Shown here piece after piece: positions 37,884-49,155 of a stretch of DNA of 64,000 nt (its first letter is position 1; each line of letters begins with the position of its first letter). The translations under genes and the position numbers were made by a program. Source of the DNA: Syncephalis fuscata S228 (taxonomy: Eukaryota; Fungi; Zoopagomycota); the NCBI GenBank assembly GCA_025786725.1, contig JAHLTZ010000028.1:248001-312000 (forward strand), read 5' to 3'. Below the pieces are notes generated by a model. The model made no database searches, was not told the origin of the DNA, and saw only the letters and a list, made by a program, of their open reading frames with translations.

Positions 37884-38108
37884 CGGCTAACTAATCGTCT
37901 ACTTACCTACTATCTTTACACTGTCGAATCTCGGTCCATACAGTACGGCAGACTTGTTCCAGCTCAGAACTGGTCTATCCGGCCCGAAATTGTTGTTAGT
38001 GTTAAGCATGGACCGTTTACCAATCTAGATCACTTGATCGCTATGACTTACCAGCGACTTGCCTCTGCCCTCGCCTAGCCGTTTATGTCCACGTCCACGC
38101 CGTGACAT
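33970..38108 (-). CDS. RSC1/RSC2/polybromo-like chromatin protein: bromodomain, ankyrin repeats, AT-hook, acidic tract, bromodomain, BAH; many introns
   Basis: GRELAELFEFLPSKIDYPDYYEVITHPIALDTIK...NAKTYNVRGSQIYSDA; ALHCAAYQGN...GTPLAWAAF; KRRGRPPK; GRRLAEPFIDLPS; BAH end GYPTDFAEEDVYVCNNRY. Start at 38108, or 38174 in frame. Confidence 0.85.
37850..37882. repeat. (ATCT)n microsatellite in an intron
   Basis: About 8 tandem ATCT units. Confidence 0.9.
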
Positions 38109-38519
38109 GTTTGCACCGCTATAACTATGTGTTTCAAACTTTTGTCCCGAGTCTGCACTGGCTCGTCCGTGCATATCACCAATAGCCACAGCCGATTCAA
38201 GACGATCAACAGAACTAGCGAGAGAATAAATACATACACAAGCTGGCACTGTTAAAAGATATAAAATAGGCTACTTACCGCAAGATTACTGGTAATAAAT
38301 ACTTGTAACTGTTGTTTTATTGGTGTTGCCGGTGTTGCTGTTGTGGTCGTTGTCGTCAAGTGTAGTTTAGTAAATTATTTGGCCAACAATACAACAATGA
38401 TAGTGATAGCAATAGCAATAACACAACAATAATAACTAAAATCTATTATTTTATTTTTATTTTATTTTAAATTTGGACTAGATCCATAGCCGCTGAATTC
38501 CCTGTCTTAGCTATTTGTT

Positions 38520-39617
38520 ATGTCATTGGGTCTGGTTTCTACGGTAGAGCGTGACTTTGTAGAGCGTGGCGTACATTCGGGTATCCGTACGGATGGACGA
38601 GCCCGCGATGACTACCGTCCACCGCGCATGGAGTTAAACTTGGTGGCTCAGTCTGACGGCTCTGCTCGTTGCCAATTGGGCGGCAGTACAGACGTGCTAG
38701 TAAGCATTCGCTGCGAGCTGGGACAGCCAGAGCCAGCAGTAGGTGATCGGGGCCGTGTAGCTGTAAGCGTAGAATGGTAAGTTATAGACTAATGCTATTG
38801 CTTGTTGTCGCTGTGGTATTCACTCGTTTGTAGTGCACCCAGTGCCTCTCAGCGCTTCGAAGGTCGTGGTGCCGAAGAGCTCAACACTGAGTTGACAGAG
38901 GCACTTAGCCGGGCTTTAACCGGCCCCAGATCTGGCCTTAACCTACGCCAGCTCTGTATTGTTGAAAACATGCACTGTTGGATACTCAACATTGATGCTA
39001 TTGTACTGGAACTTGGAGGCAACGTGCTAGATGCTCTACTATACGCAACACGTGCTGCTTTGGCAGAAACCCGTGTACCTGGAACTAAAGTCGAAACACT
39101 GGAAGAAGGCGTGGACTTTGAGGTTGACGACGACATAAACAGTGCGGCATGGTTAGAAAATGCCTCGAATGTGCCGCTCTGTGTCACTGCTTACAAAGTA
39201 AGTACTAAATAGGCTGGATAGGAAACAAGTATTGATACGTTTCACGTAGATTGGTGCAGGCTATGTACTGGATGCAACATTGACGGAAGAGTTATGTTCA
39301 AGTGCACGTCTTCATGTCAGTGTCAACCCAGCCGGTCAAGTTTGTGCGGCACAAAAGAATGGAGATGGTGCAATTGAACCCAGTCTATTAATGGCTATGC
39401 TTCAGGTAAATAATAATGATGATGATGTAATAATAATAGCAAAAAAGTAAATGAATGCAAATGACAATTAATTACATTTATGTATTAATAGGCGGCTAAG
39501 GAAAAGGCACATTACTTGTTGAAAGCGCAAGATGAACAGATTCAAAAGCATAAAGACATTATTACTGATAAACAAATGCGTGGTGAGCCGATTAAACGGC
39601 CTAGCATATTTATGTAG
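38520..39617 (+). CDS. RRP42: Exosome complex RNase PH-like subunit Rrp42, 4 exons
   Basis: GIRTDGRARDDYR, QSDGSARC, FEGRGAEEL, LCIVENMHCWILNIDAIVL..GGNVLDA. Confidence 0.92.
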
Positions 39618-39642
39618 ATCAATCTCAATAATAAATTTTTAT

Positions 39643-40895
39643 TTAATATGGATTTACTAAGATTTTTTGATCTACCATTTTTTGCGGTGTTGGCCGATAT
39701 TGCGGCTTCACGGTCATTAGTTGCTCCATTACATAGGTGACCGATGTTAATTTGCTAAGAATTTCATTACTGGCTGAAATAGCTCTACATGTATTTTTTC
39801 TTAAATCGAATACTTGTTCTAATTGAATTGCGTAATCCATATCTGACATTGCCTGTGAGCCATTTCTTCCAATAGTGTATCCATACGGCGGTACACCCAT
39901 AAGTGCATCATAGATGGTTGAGCCGATTTGCCACGAATCCCGTTTCATCAGGTTATGGTAATCGTTATAAGCCTCTTCGGGTGCGTAATAGCCAAAGGTG
40001 CCACCGTAAGCTCCTTGCGGTACTAGCATACTATCTTGATATTTCAGTGGCACAGAAAGGTCAAAATCGATAATCGCAATGTGTGGTTTGCCCGATGGAT
40101 GATTGGTATTCACCAGTATATTTTCAGTTTTGATATCGCTATGGGCCAGTCCAAGACGATGGAGATAGGCAATACCGCGTACCAATTGACTAGTAAATCG
40201 TGGCATTACTTCGGCTTTGTGTTCCCAGGTCGCTTCGTACATATAGTCCAGTAGAGTCAAGTCTCCATCTCTTGATAGAACAAAGCATACAGAACAGCAA
40301 TCATAATCAAAGCTGTGCAAAAGCTTTACAATCCATTGCTCTCCATCTCTCTCTTGTTCACTAACAAGAAGGGCCTTGTTTTTGTTCATAAGCTATTAAG
40401 TACCATAATTAGTAATGCAATTGTGGTACATATATACATATATACAAATACAGAAATAAAGACACTTACTTTATAAGCATTACTCTCTATTTTATACCTT
40501 GTTGAAAGCGTGCACTTTACAAAACTTGGCTGACCTTCATAGGTGACCATGGCCGTCAGTATGGATCCACTGGTTCTGACCCATCGTTCAATCGTAACAC
40601 CTTCTTCCTCAAAGATCAGTAAAAGGTAGTTAAGTTTGGCATTATCATTATTGTTGCGTGCATTTGCATTATTCGGGTTTCTAATGGACACCCAAGAGTT
40701 GCTGAGATTATTGGAGCGGGACAGCTTTGAGCGCTGGCTTGATTGCAATGATTTTAAAAAACTATTTTTGCTACTGGCTGAAGGTAGGTGGAGAAAGCCG
40801 CTTTCAATACCCTTGATGGGCGTTGTCTGTACCGTAGCAATAGATACGGCAGATAAAGCACATCCCACGACAAATAGAAGCAATAGTCCACGCAT
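39643..40895 (-). CDS. Signal-peptide-bearing protein kinase-like protein (paralog 1), intron 40393-40469
   Basis: MRGLLLLFVVGCALSAVSIA signal, FVKC, HSDIKTEN, IIDFDLS, GGTFGYYAPE, DSWQIG. Confidence 0.85.
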
Positions 40896-41210
40896 TCTAA
40901 TATAATCTAGCTTACTAAAATCAATAGAAATAGAAAATAAAATCGACCAACTCTACAACTCTACGACACCGAAAGAACAGAGCGTGGAAAATTTGCTTTC
41001 ATTAACTATGGGCCATTTTATATGGTAATTGGCTATGTATTGTCAGCACGCCTATATTCTCTAATAGTTTACATTGCACGTGTATACATTTTTATCGACA
41101 TTTCTACAAACCCCATCGGTGATACGAGTTCAGTATTGCTATGCTTATTAAAGTAATATTTACTGTATTACTTGCATAGAAAGTAAATAAAAACGTGTTA
41201 TAAAATATTT

Positions 41211-42692
41211 TTATTTTTTGTTAGTCATGATCACTGGTTTAGTTATCAAGTGTGCAGAAACGGGTTTCTGAATATCAACCAAATGAGGTAGATTATATCC
41301 TATTGGTAGTCTGCTTAATATATCCATTGGTTCTGGACGAGCAACTGGATCAACAGTAAATAGCTCTTTGATAATGTTCACCACTGATATTGCTACATGT
41401 TTATAGGAACCTTGTGGTTCGATTTCCACCATTGTATTGACACCGGAGTTGTATACCTTGCGCATTACATCAATGTATTCAGGCAGTTTTAAGGCAATCC
41501 ATGCACCATCTCGAAATACATAGTTATACGGCAATATACCAGTGAGAAAGTCATACATAGTCGCGGCAATTGACCATGAATCGAGCTTAGTGCCATCAAG
41601 GCTATCGGCAAAGCGTCGCTCAGGTGAATCATATCCATCGGTACCTGGATGGAAGTAAATTGGCAAAGCATATCCATGATCATCACGTACTAAAGGCGCA
41701 GATAAATCAAAGTCTATAATTGTAATCAATGGATTCTGGTTACGGGCATCAAGTCTAACCAAAATATCTAAATCATAGTAACATAAATAAGTGGTATAAT
41801 ATTAAATAAACCAAGCACCCTACTTTGTGATTTGATATCATTATGCGTAATGCCAACTCTGTGCAAAAAAACGACGCCTATTTGGCAATGTTGGTATTAA
41901 TCAATAGTATAATGATTTATAACATTACCATGTAATATCTGACTCAATATTGACAGAGAAAATCGAGCTCTTGACGATGAACCAAGTTTCATGGCATAAT
42001 CTGCTAGCGTCATATGGCCGCCGTAGGAAAGTACAACACAATATTCGTTTGCAGTAATAAAATTATGATATAACTCTACGATGGATTTTCTTGCATCGGG
42101 TATTATATTTCTTCGGCGGATCGAATTTTCTATAATTAATGGATTACTTTATTAAAGTTTTAATGGTATTCATCACGCTTACCTCGAGTGCACTAACTTC
42201 ATTTTTATAGCCATCACCGTCAAAGACACACTTTAAAAATCCAGGCTTATTATCATAATAAACAATAGCAGTTTTACGCGTATGTACGTTAAAATCTATC
42301 CATTGCCTTATGAATAGGCCTGGCTCGTTATAGCTGGGCTCTGGTATTGTGCCAGTTGTAGATACTGACAGCCCATTACTTCCAAGGTCTGAAGATACCC
42401 TGACTCTAGATTCTGAAAGGCCATCACGTCTAGGCTCTGACGGCGGAGTAATTCTGATTTCTGGCAGCTCTATGTTTCTGTTATCCGGCGATTTGGGCTG
42501 CAGTTCCGTTACACTAGAAGCTATATAACGAATAAATTGCTATTGAACTAGAAACAGTTACTCTTGTAGCTTACCTTTAGTTTTTCTTCTACCAAAACAG
42601 TTGGGAAAGCAAGCATCATTGAATTGCACTTGGCACAAGACGACCAATGTCGTTATGAGCAAAAGCTCTAACTTAAGTAAATTAAAAAGCAT
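41211..42692 (-). CDS. Signal-peptide-bearing protein kinase-like protein (paralog 2), multi-exon
   Basis: MLFNLLKLELLLITTLVVLCQVQFNDA signal, FLKC, HNDIKSQ, IIDFDLS, GTDGYDSPE, DSWSIA. Confidence 0.8.
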
Positions 42693-43003
42693 GGCAGTGT
42701 ATAGCGATGATGATGCCAGTGATACTAATGATGTTGAAATTGTTTGCACAGCGTATTAATTTTGTCTCAGCCATTAGGCTGTAAAATTGCCAGTAAACTT
42801 CTTTTTTAATAGAACGAGCAGTTTGTATATAATAGGAAAGTTATTAGTGCCAAAACATTTACAAATGTTACACACATGCACAACTACTCTATACGGCATT
42901 GTGTAAACGTGGTATATCCGCATTACATGGCACATTTTCCATTGCTACAACTTATACATTGAATAAAGCCAGTTTATTATGCTCATATCTACATGTAAAA
43001 TGT

Positions 43004-44097
43004 CTAGATATGGCTGTGACGAGCACCAAGATCACGCAAGCGTTGATAGCTTTCGTCATCGATGAAAAAGTCAAGCTGGAAATCTTTGGTGCCAGGCACC
43101 ATGGCGTATTTGTCAAAATCGGTTACGCCTTGTTCGCGTAAAACAATCTCATCGATGCAGAAATTGCCACTGAACGACCGGCTGTTCTTAATAAGCACAG
43201 CATGGGCCGAGTCGGCCATGATTTCTGTATTACGGCTGCCTGATTGATCGTCCGCACCTTCAATTTGCGAAAGAGCAGCCGTTTGGATCATGGTCAATGG
43301 CCAGAGTGCGTTCACAGCAATACCTTCTGAGCGCAATTCACCCGCCATACCAAGTACACAAAGCGACATATTAATCTTGGCCATGGTATAAGCGACATTG
43401 GGGGCGAACCACTTTTCTTTCATATCAAGTGGCGGAGAGATATTTAAAATATGCGGATTATTGGCCCGTTTCAGATGAGGAATGCAATACTATAATAAAA
43501 AGTAATAATGACAACCATGTTGTAAGTCAATCAATATTATAGTATATAATACATTCCTTTACTATACCTTAGATACCATCCAAGTACCCCGGCCATTAAT
43601 GCTATGCATCAAATCGTATTTCTTTACTGAGGTTTCTTCAGTATTGGTCAAACTGATGGCCGACGCTAAATACATTCATACAATGATTAAAACACCATCT
43701 GCTATTTTACTTAATTGTAATATGGTCTGCATGCTTACCATTGTTGATAAGAATATCAATTCCACCAAATGTTTCAACTGTTTTAGCAATAGCGTTTTTT
43801 ACCTGCTCCTCGCTACGAATGTCGCAAATGAGCGGCAAGCCACGACCACCTGCCTTGTTGATTTCCTCAGCGGCGGTATAGATAGTACCAGGCAGCTAAT
43901 CAAACAAAACAATTTATCCGTTAGAGAATATGCCTCCCCAAGCCTATGCTGCATATCCACGCTACCTTAGGATGTGGTTCGGCGGTTTTGGCAGCAATAG
44001 CTACATTGGCGCCATCACGCGCAGCACGCAAGGCTATTGCCTTGCCAATACCTCTGGACGCACCAGTAATAAACAGAGTTTTGCCGCGAAGTGACAT
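43004..44097 (-). CDS. HSDL2: HSDL2-like short-chain dehydrogenase/reductase without an SCP2 domain
   Basis: TGASRGIG, AAKTAEPHPKLPGTIYTAAEEI, NNASA, HILNISPPL, YTMAK. The C-terminal SHI is PTS1-like. Confidence 0.9.
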
Positions 44098-44975
44098 TGT
44101 AGCAAATTGGAACAATAAAAAGAATATAGCACAATAGCACAACGGAAGCTCTAATGACCAGCTTGCCAGTTATATAACATCCAATGACTATGCGCAGTAT
44201 CGGCCCAAATAACTGCCGAAATCAATAGAACACAGATGACGCGGTACTCATGGCTACCGCAATAGTCACATTACATTCCCCACTAGTATTTTTAATATTT
44301 TAATGTTCATATACGGCCTGTACTTGTTACAAACGAAACAACGTAAATGGCCGGCGTGATTTTGCTAAGATATGTTCCCCTATCTGTGACTGGGCTCGTT
44401 TAGTACGTCTAAGTGTCAGGGGAGCAACACTTTGAGATCAATTCTCTAGCTGTGACAAATCCATTCAGTCAATAAACCCGTTATTCAATAAGGAGTATTT
44501 TCTGATAACAGTACTCATTCAGGCCATGCTGTTTTGCAGACGGCGATAATTAGAAACATTAGAACTTCTGGGTTTGTTTTGAGAATGCACCGAAGATTCC
44601 AAATGACCTATGACCTGTTGTGGTGATGGTGATGGTGCTAATAGCCTCACTCCGTTCAATTCATACTCGTTGTCCACACACATGCAAATGTTCTATTAAG
44701 AATTACCATTGTTGTACCTATTGCAGCACAAATTCACCAGCTGATTTTGCAGTTTCACGCACTTTGCCACGCTCAATATAAAGGAATAAGTATCGCTTGC
44801 CAACCGTCCATGCACCCTTCACTACAAATACTGCCATCGTTGACTATACACTGACTATTCTCTTCTCTGCCAACACGTCTCCTTATAAGCTCTTGGCATT
44901 TAAACCGATCATAGTCAACGATTTATTGCTTGCAAACCACTTCTATCTGCTCCTTGCTTCTAAACTCAAGTTTTT

Positions 44976-46178
44976 ATGATGACTACTCTATTAAATTCAT
45001 CGCGTATGGATATTCCCTCCAAGCCAACAGGCTTCGCTGTCACCAATACGCTACTTATAACACAGTTAACGCACGGCTGTTTCACTGGACATGCACTTGA
45101 AGATTTAAAGAGTAAGCTAGAGTCGCTGGCAAGCGGCGATAGCAACATTGCTACGTCCCGCAATCACAGAAGCACAACGCTACTACGTATTCATCAGTTT
45201 ATTCCACTGCCATCGTTTGCCCGTGTCATGGTGGTTATGCGCCAAGAGGCCGATGCTATGCGCATCAAACTGCTGTTTAACCGTGCACACTGGGGCGGCC
45301 AAGAAATTCGAGTTTACTTTGGCGAGGTAAGTAGTTTGAAAAGGAGAATTTGACCACCACGTGGTCAAGCATGGAGAACAATTGCATGGTGTGCAGTGAC
45401 TGCTGGTTCTCTGACAATATTCATATCGCTCACGTGTGTATTATTTGATTGTTTTGTTACTTGTTATTAGCACACTTCGTTGGAGCCAAAGAAGAATACC
45501 ATGTTGGGTGTCCCCGATAACGACCGTCTCTGGTTGATTTCACCACCCGGCTCACCACCTGTTGACTGGGAAAGCACCCGTGAAGATCCTCCAAATCTAC
45601 GCACACATGCCGATGATCTATTGGCCGCGCTAAACCGCGTTGCAGAACAGCAATTACAGCAACAGGCCCATTTGGAGCTGCAAGAACAGCGTGAACAAGA
45701 TGCCCAGACATCGGCCTTACCTTCGCCGCTTGACCTGCCTGCAGACTACCCACTCTATCCAAATGGCCCAACGACATACACTGGCCAACTACAGACGCTA
45801 CTACCTTCAAGTAAGGTACGCTTGGCATGTGAAGAAGTAACGCTACCTGCCATTGCCGTACAGAACTGGGACGAAGATAGATTTTCGACAGCTGCACCCA
45901 TTGGCGCATGTACTATTGTTGTGCCCGAACTACGTTCTGCAATGCCAGTCTATTCGGCACCTGTAAAAATGGCCACCAGCCATCCATCTGTACATGATAA
46001 ACCAAGCATTATCATAAACGACAAACCATCAATTATTACAACACCTACAATTACATTTGCGTTTACCACAGAGGATAGCCACTCGGCAGATTGCATGCCG
46101 TCGTTGTCGCCGTCGTCGCCGTCACCAGCAGCCCGTACGCCCACGATCTATCGCACATGTATCCCACCACCTCTATAA
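44976..46178 (+). CDS. RCN1: Calcipressin / regulator of calcineurin (RCAN/Rcn1), intron 45327-45470
   Basis: RRM-like N-terminus (NTLLIT...PLPSFARVMVV...IRVYFGE), WLISPPGSPPVDW, C-terminal RTCIPP. Confidence 0.9.
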
Positions 46179-46800
46179 TCATGGCAATAATCCAACCTGT
46201 CATTGTTTATTCTCTTTGCATCAGTTGGTTACCAGTTCCACATTTGTTTGCGTACTATTATTCATTTTTGCGCCTATTAATTATAACTGTTTGTTATTAT
46301 GCTACCATTCTATCTATACAGATACTATCCAACAGATGGCAATCCCATGCCATTTAATAATTATATTAATACCAATCATCTAGAATTAAAAATAAATAAC
46401 ATATTGCTTAGTAACAATTACCCAATCGGCTATTGGTACAAAGCTATTATAGAATAAAACACTTATTGCAACTAATTGTTTATTGTTGGTAGTGTCAACA
46501 ATCTAATTACAACGTATATGATGCATTGTAAAATGGCGTACTGAATACTTGACTTTTATCTACTAATTATCGCTGCCTTATGATCGTCACCTATTCTATT
46601 ACACACTGACAATATTACAGCATCTACAACTTTACTATGATCATATTTATAAGTGCAATAGCTATATTTATATAGATGCTATACTATGATATTAAAACGA
46701 CAAACTGTTCAGAGTATTAAAGTAGTAGCTATATTTTATTATTTATTATATTACACTAATATTTAACAAGATATTAACAAATTATTAACATTGAGAGTTC

Positions 46801-47371
46801 AATGGCTATTTTTAATAACATTCGCGCAATTGAACTACACATTTAATCTATTGAACATGGGCACAAGTGGTGAGTTTTATTTAATCATCACATCATCACA
46901 TTTATTGTTTGTTTGGTGGTCAAATAACTAAATTTAATAATATCCAACCTATTAAACATGATGATAAGCGGTGAGTGACATCAGTCATCCAATACTCAAC
47001 ATTATAGATTCGTTATCCAATATGCATATATTCAGTACACATATATATATTTTATTTACCTATATCATTCCTATACTATTCCACACCATTGTATCCCATT
47101 CTATGACATACTAGGCACATTCTATTCTTTATATGTTCCAATATACTGTACTCATTCCCCTTATTGCATTATACACACTATAACTCTAGCATCGTTTTAT
47201 ATGCTTTATCACCATACATTTATTATTCTATATATCATTTTATAATCGGCTAGTCTTCCTCTATCTAAAACTGTTTTTACTTTTGTTCTAGCTTTATTAT
47301 TGACAAATTTCGACTAATGTCAGTCATCTGCTCATTAGACTATATGCCCAATAACTTCAACACGGCTAATC
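46801..47371 (+). repeat. Repeat family A copy (~570 bp)
   Basis: Colinear with 5100-5676 (CTATTTTTAATAACATTCGCGCAATTGAACTACACATTT ... CAATAACTTCRACACRGCTAATC). Confidence 0.8.
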
Positions 47372-48234
47372 ACATACCTTTGCTGTCTACTCATTCTATT
47401 ATCTATCGTTTCATTATTATACAATAACCACACGCTATTTAGCTTTGCTAGCGTCAGTGCAATGATGGTGATGGCAGTTGCACTCATCTCTATATAGCAC
47501 AGACTATATGCGCCACACTTACTCATATTCTAACACTTTCATTACTTTTACCCACCACACTTTTCTTTCTATTTCTTATTGCAATCTGTATTCTTTATTC
47601 TTTACACTCCACATACAGTTATAATGGTAAGTAGACTTCACTATATGCGCGTCACACTTGGGTCTGTCTTTCTATTGTTCGTATCGTCATGTTTGCTTAC
47701 TTGTCTTGTTCTTATTGTCACTATGAATGCTATCATATTGGTTATCGTTATAGCCTGTATGTATGCTAGTCATCTACAACATATAACTTCTTAATGCTGC
47801 ATCTGCCCATCATTTAATGCGCTGCGTTACTTTGTCATCTGTTACAGCTAATGAATAACAGTATGTATATATGCACAGTATATGCATATACTGTTCTTTT
47901 ACTATTGAATAGTAATCGTATTCTATAGCTGCATATATATATTGTACTGCACCATTTGCATATGCTTTTATTGCTATTTACTGATTGATTGGTATGGTCC
48001 TTTATTGTATCAATAGTGATAGTAGATTATATGCATATACTACTATAATTACTGTATGTTTATTTATTTATGCGTACTGCATATATATATCGATTGCTAT
48101 TATTTGTGTGTATGCGCTTTATTTGTTGTATAATGCGATATTGGCGACGTGTACACTGCCAAAGGACAAAAATTGCAGCAAGCTTCTACGTAATTGGAAA
48201 TTACGAACGAGTTGCAAAAAACTGCCTTCACTTC

Positions 48235-48353
48235 AACTACGTTCATTGCGCCTAGAAAGCACCGGATCCCGTCCGATCTCCGAAGTTAAGTTAGGCCGCG
48301 CTTCTGTAGTACTGCGGTGGGGGACCACGCGGGAATGAGAAGTAATGTAGTTT
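48235..48353 (+). rRNA. 5S rRNA: 5S rRNA gene (119 nt), dispersed
   Basis: Helix I AACTACGTT/AATGTAGTT; CCGGATCCCGTCCGATCTCCGAAGTTAAG; TAGTACTGCGGTGGGGGACCACGCGGGAAT. Confidence 0.95.
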
Positions 48354-48360
48354 AAACAAA

Positions 48361-48432
48361 TCCGCATTCGTCTAGTGGTTAGGATATGGCGCTCTCACCG
48401 CCAGGGCCGGGGTTCAATTCCCCGATGCGGAA
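48361..48432 (+). tRNA. tRNA-Glu(CTC): tRNA-Glu (anticodon CTC), intronless
   Basis: Acceptor stem TCCGCAT/ATGCGGA, A-box GTCTAGTGG, anticodon stem TGGCG/CGCCA with CTC at 48394-48396, B-box GGTTCAATTCC. Confidence 0.96.
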
Positions 48433-48437
48433 TTTTT
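48433..48437 (+). terminator. RNA polymerase III terminator (T5)
   Basis: TTTTT directly after the tRNA discriminator base. It is the first T run of 4 or more after the 5S start. Confidence 0.85.
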
Positions 48438-49155
48438 GCTCCAGTTTACTCTTATTTTTGCCAATGTATATTGCTTTTTGCTGCTGTGGATAGTTGCGCG
48501 AGGCGGGAGCTACTCCAGCCGTTGTTTTTTGCTTAAAAAAGCGTTGATTTTAGTTTGTATATTGCTAATTAGCTGTGTGGTCATTTTTGTAATTTAACGC
48601 GTATTGTATTATGTAAATAAATATTTATCAATAAATTATTCATGTGTACTCAAATGCATTGAATAGTTATAGTAATGATATAGTAGGTGTTTGTGATTGT
48701 ATTTTTTATTTGCTATTGTAGATAGTATCATATAAAGACAGTGGGCAGTGTATATGTGTATGCGCATATGATATATGCACGTATACTGGCTAATAAATAT
48801 ATATAGTCGTTTTTATTCAATAGACTTACTAGCCTGTCATTAAAGTTGGTTTATTTACTCATATATGCATAGTAATAATGAATACATGTTATAGAAATTA
48901 TTTGTATAAATATATGAGTACTATTTAATTAAACAGATGTATATAGTACATGCATGTCCACTAACTAATAAATAGAATACTAGTTGCTTTTATGAAATAA
49001 TTTTATTGGTTTGCATTATAATCGAATTATTTATTGATATATGTATAATGATAATGAATACATGCTATAGAATTATTGTATAAACATATAGGTATTTTTT
49101 ATTAAACAAATATTTTAAACGGCCTATGAATATATGTGTAGTCATTGTTTTGCAA

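Noticed and set aside
44641-44650. GAGGCT Crz1-like site upstream of calcipressin
   Set aside because: A single short imperfect match is expected by chance.
47985-48338. 117-aa ORF overlapping the 5S gene
   Set aside because: Non-ATG start in AT-rich sequence, and its 3' part is simply 5S rRNA read as codons.
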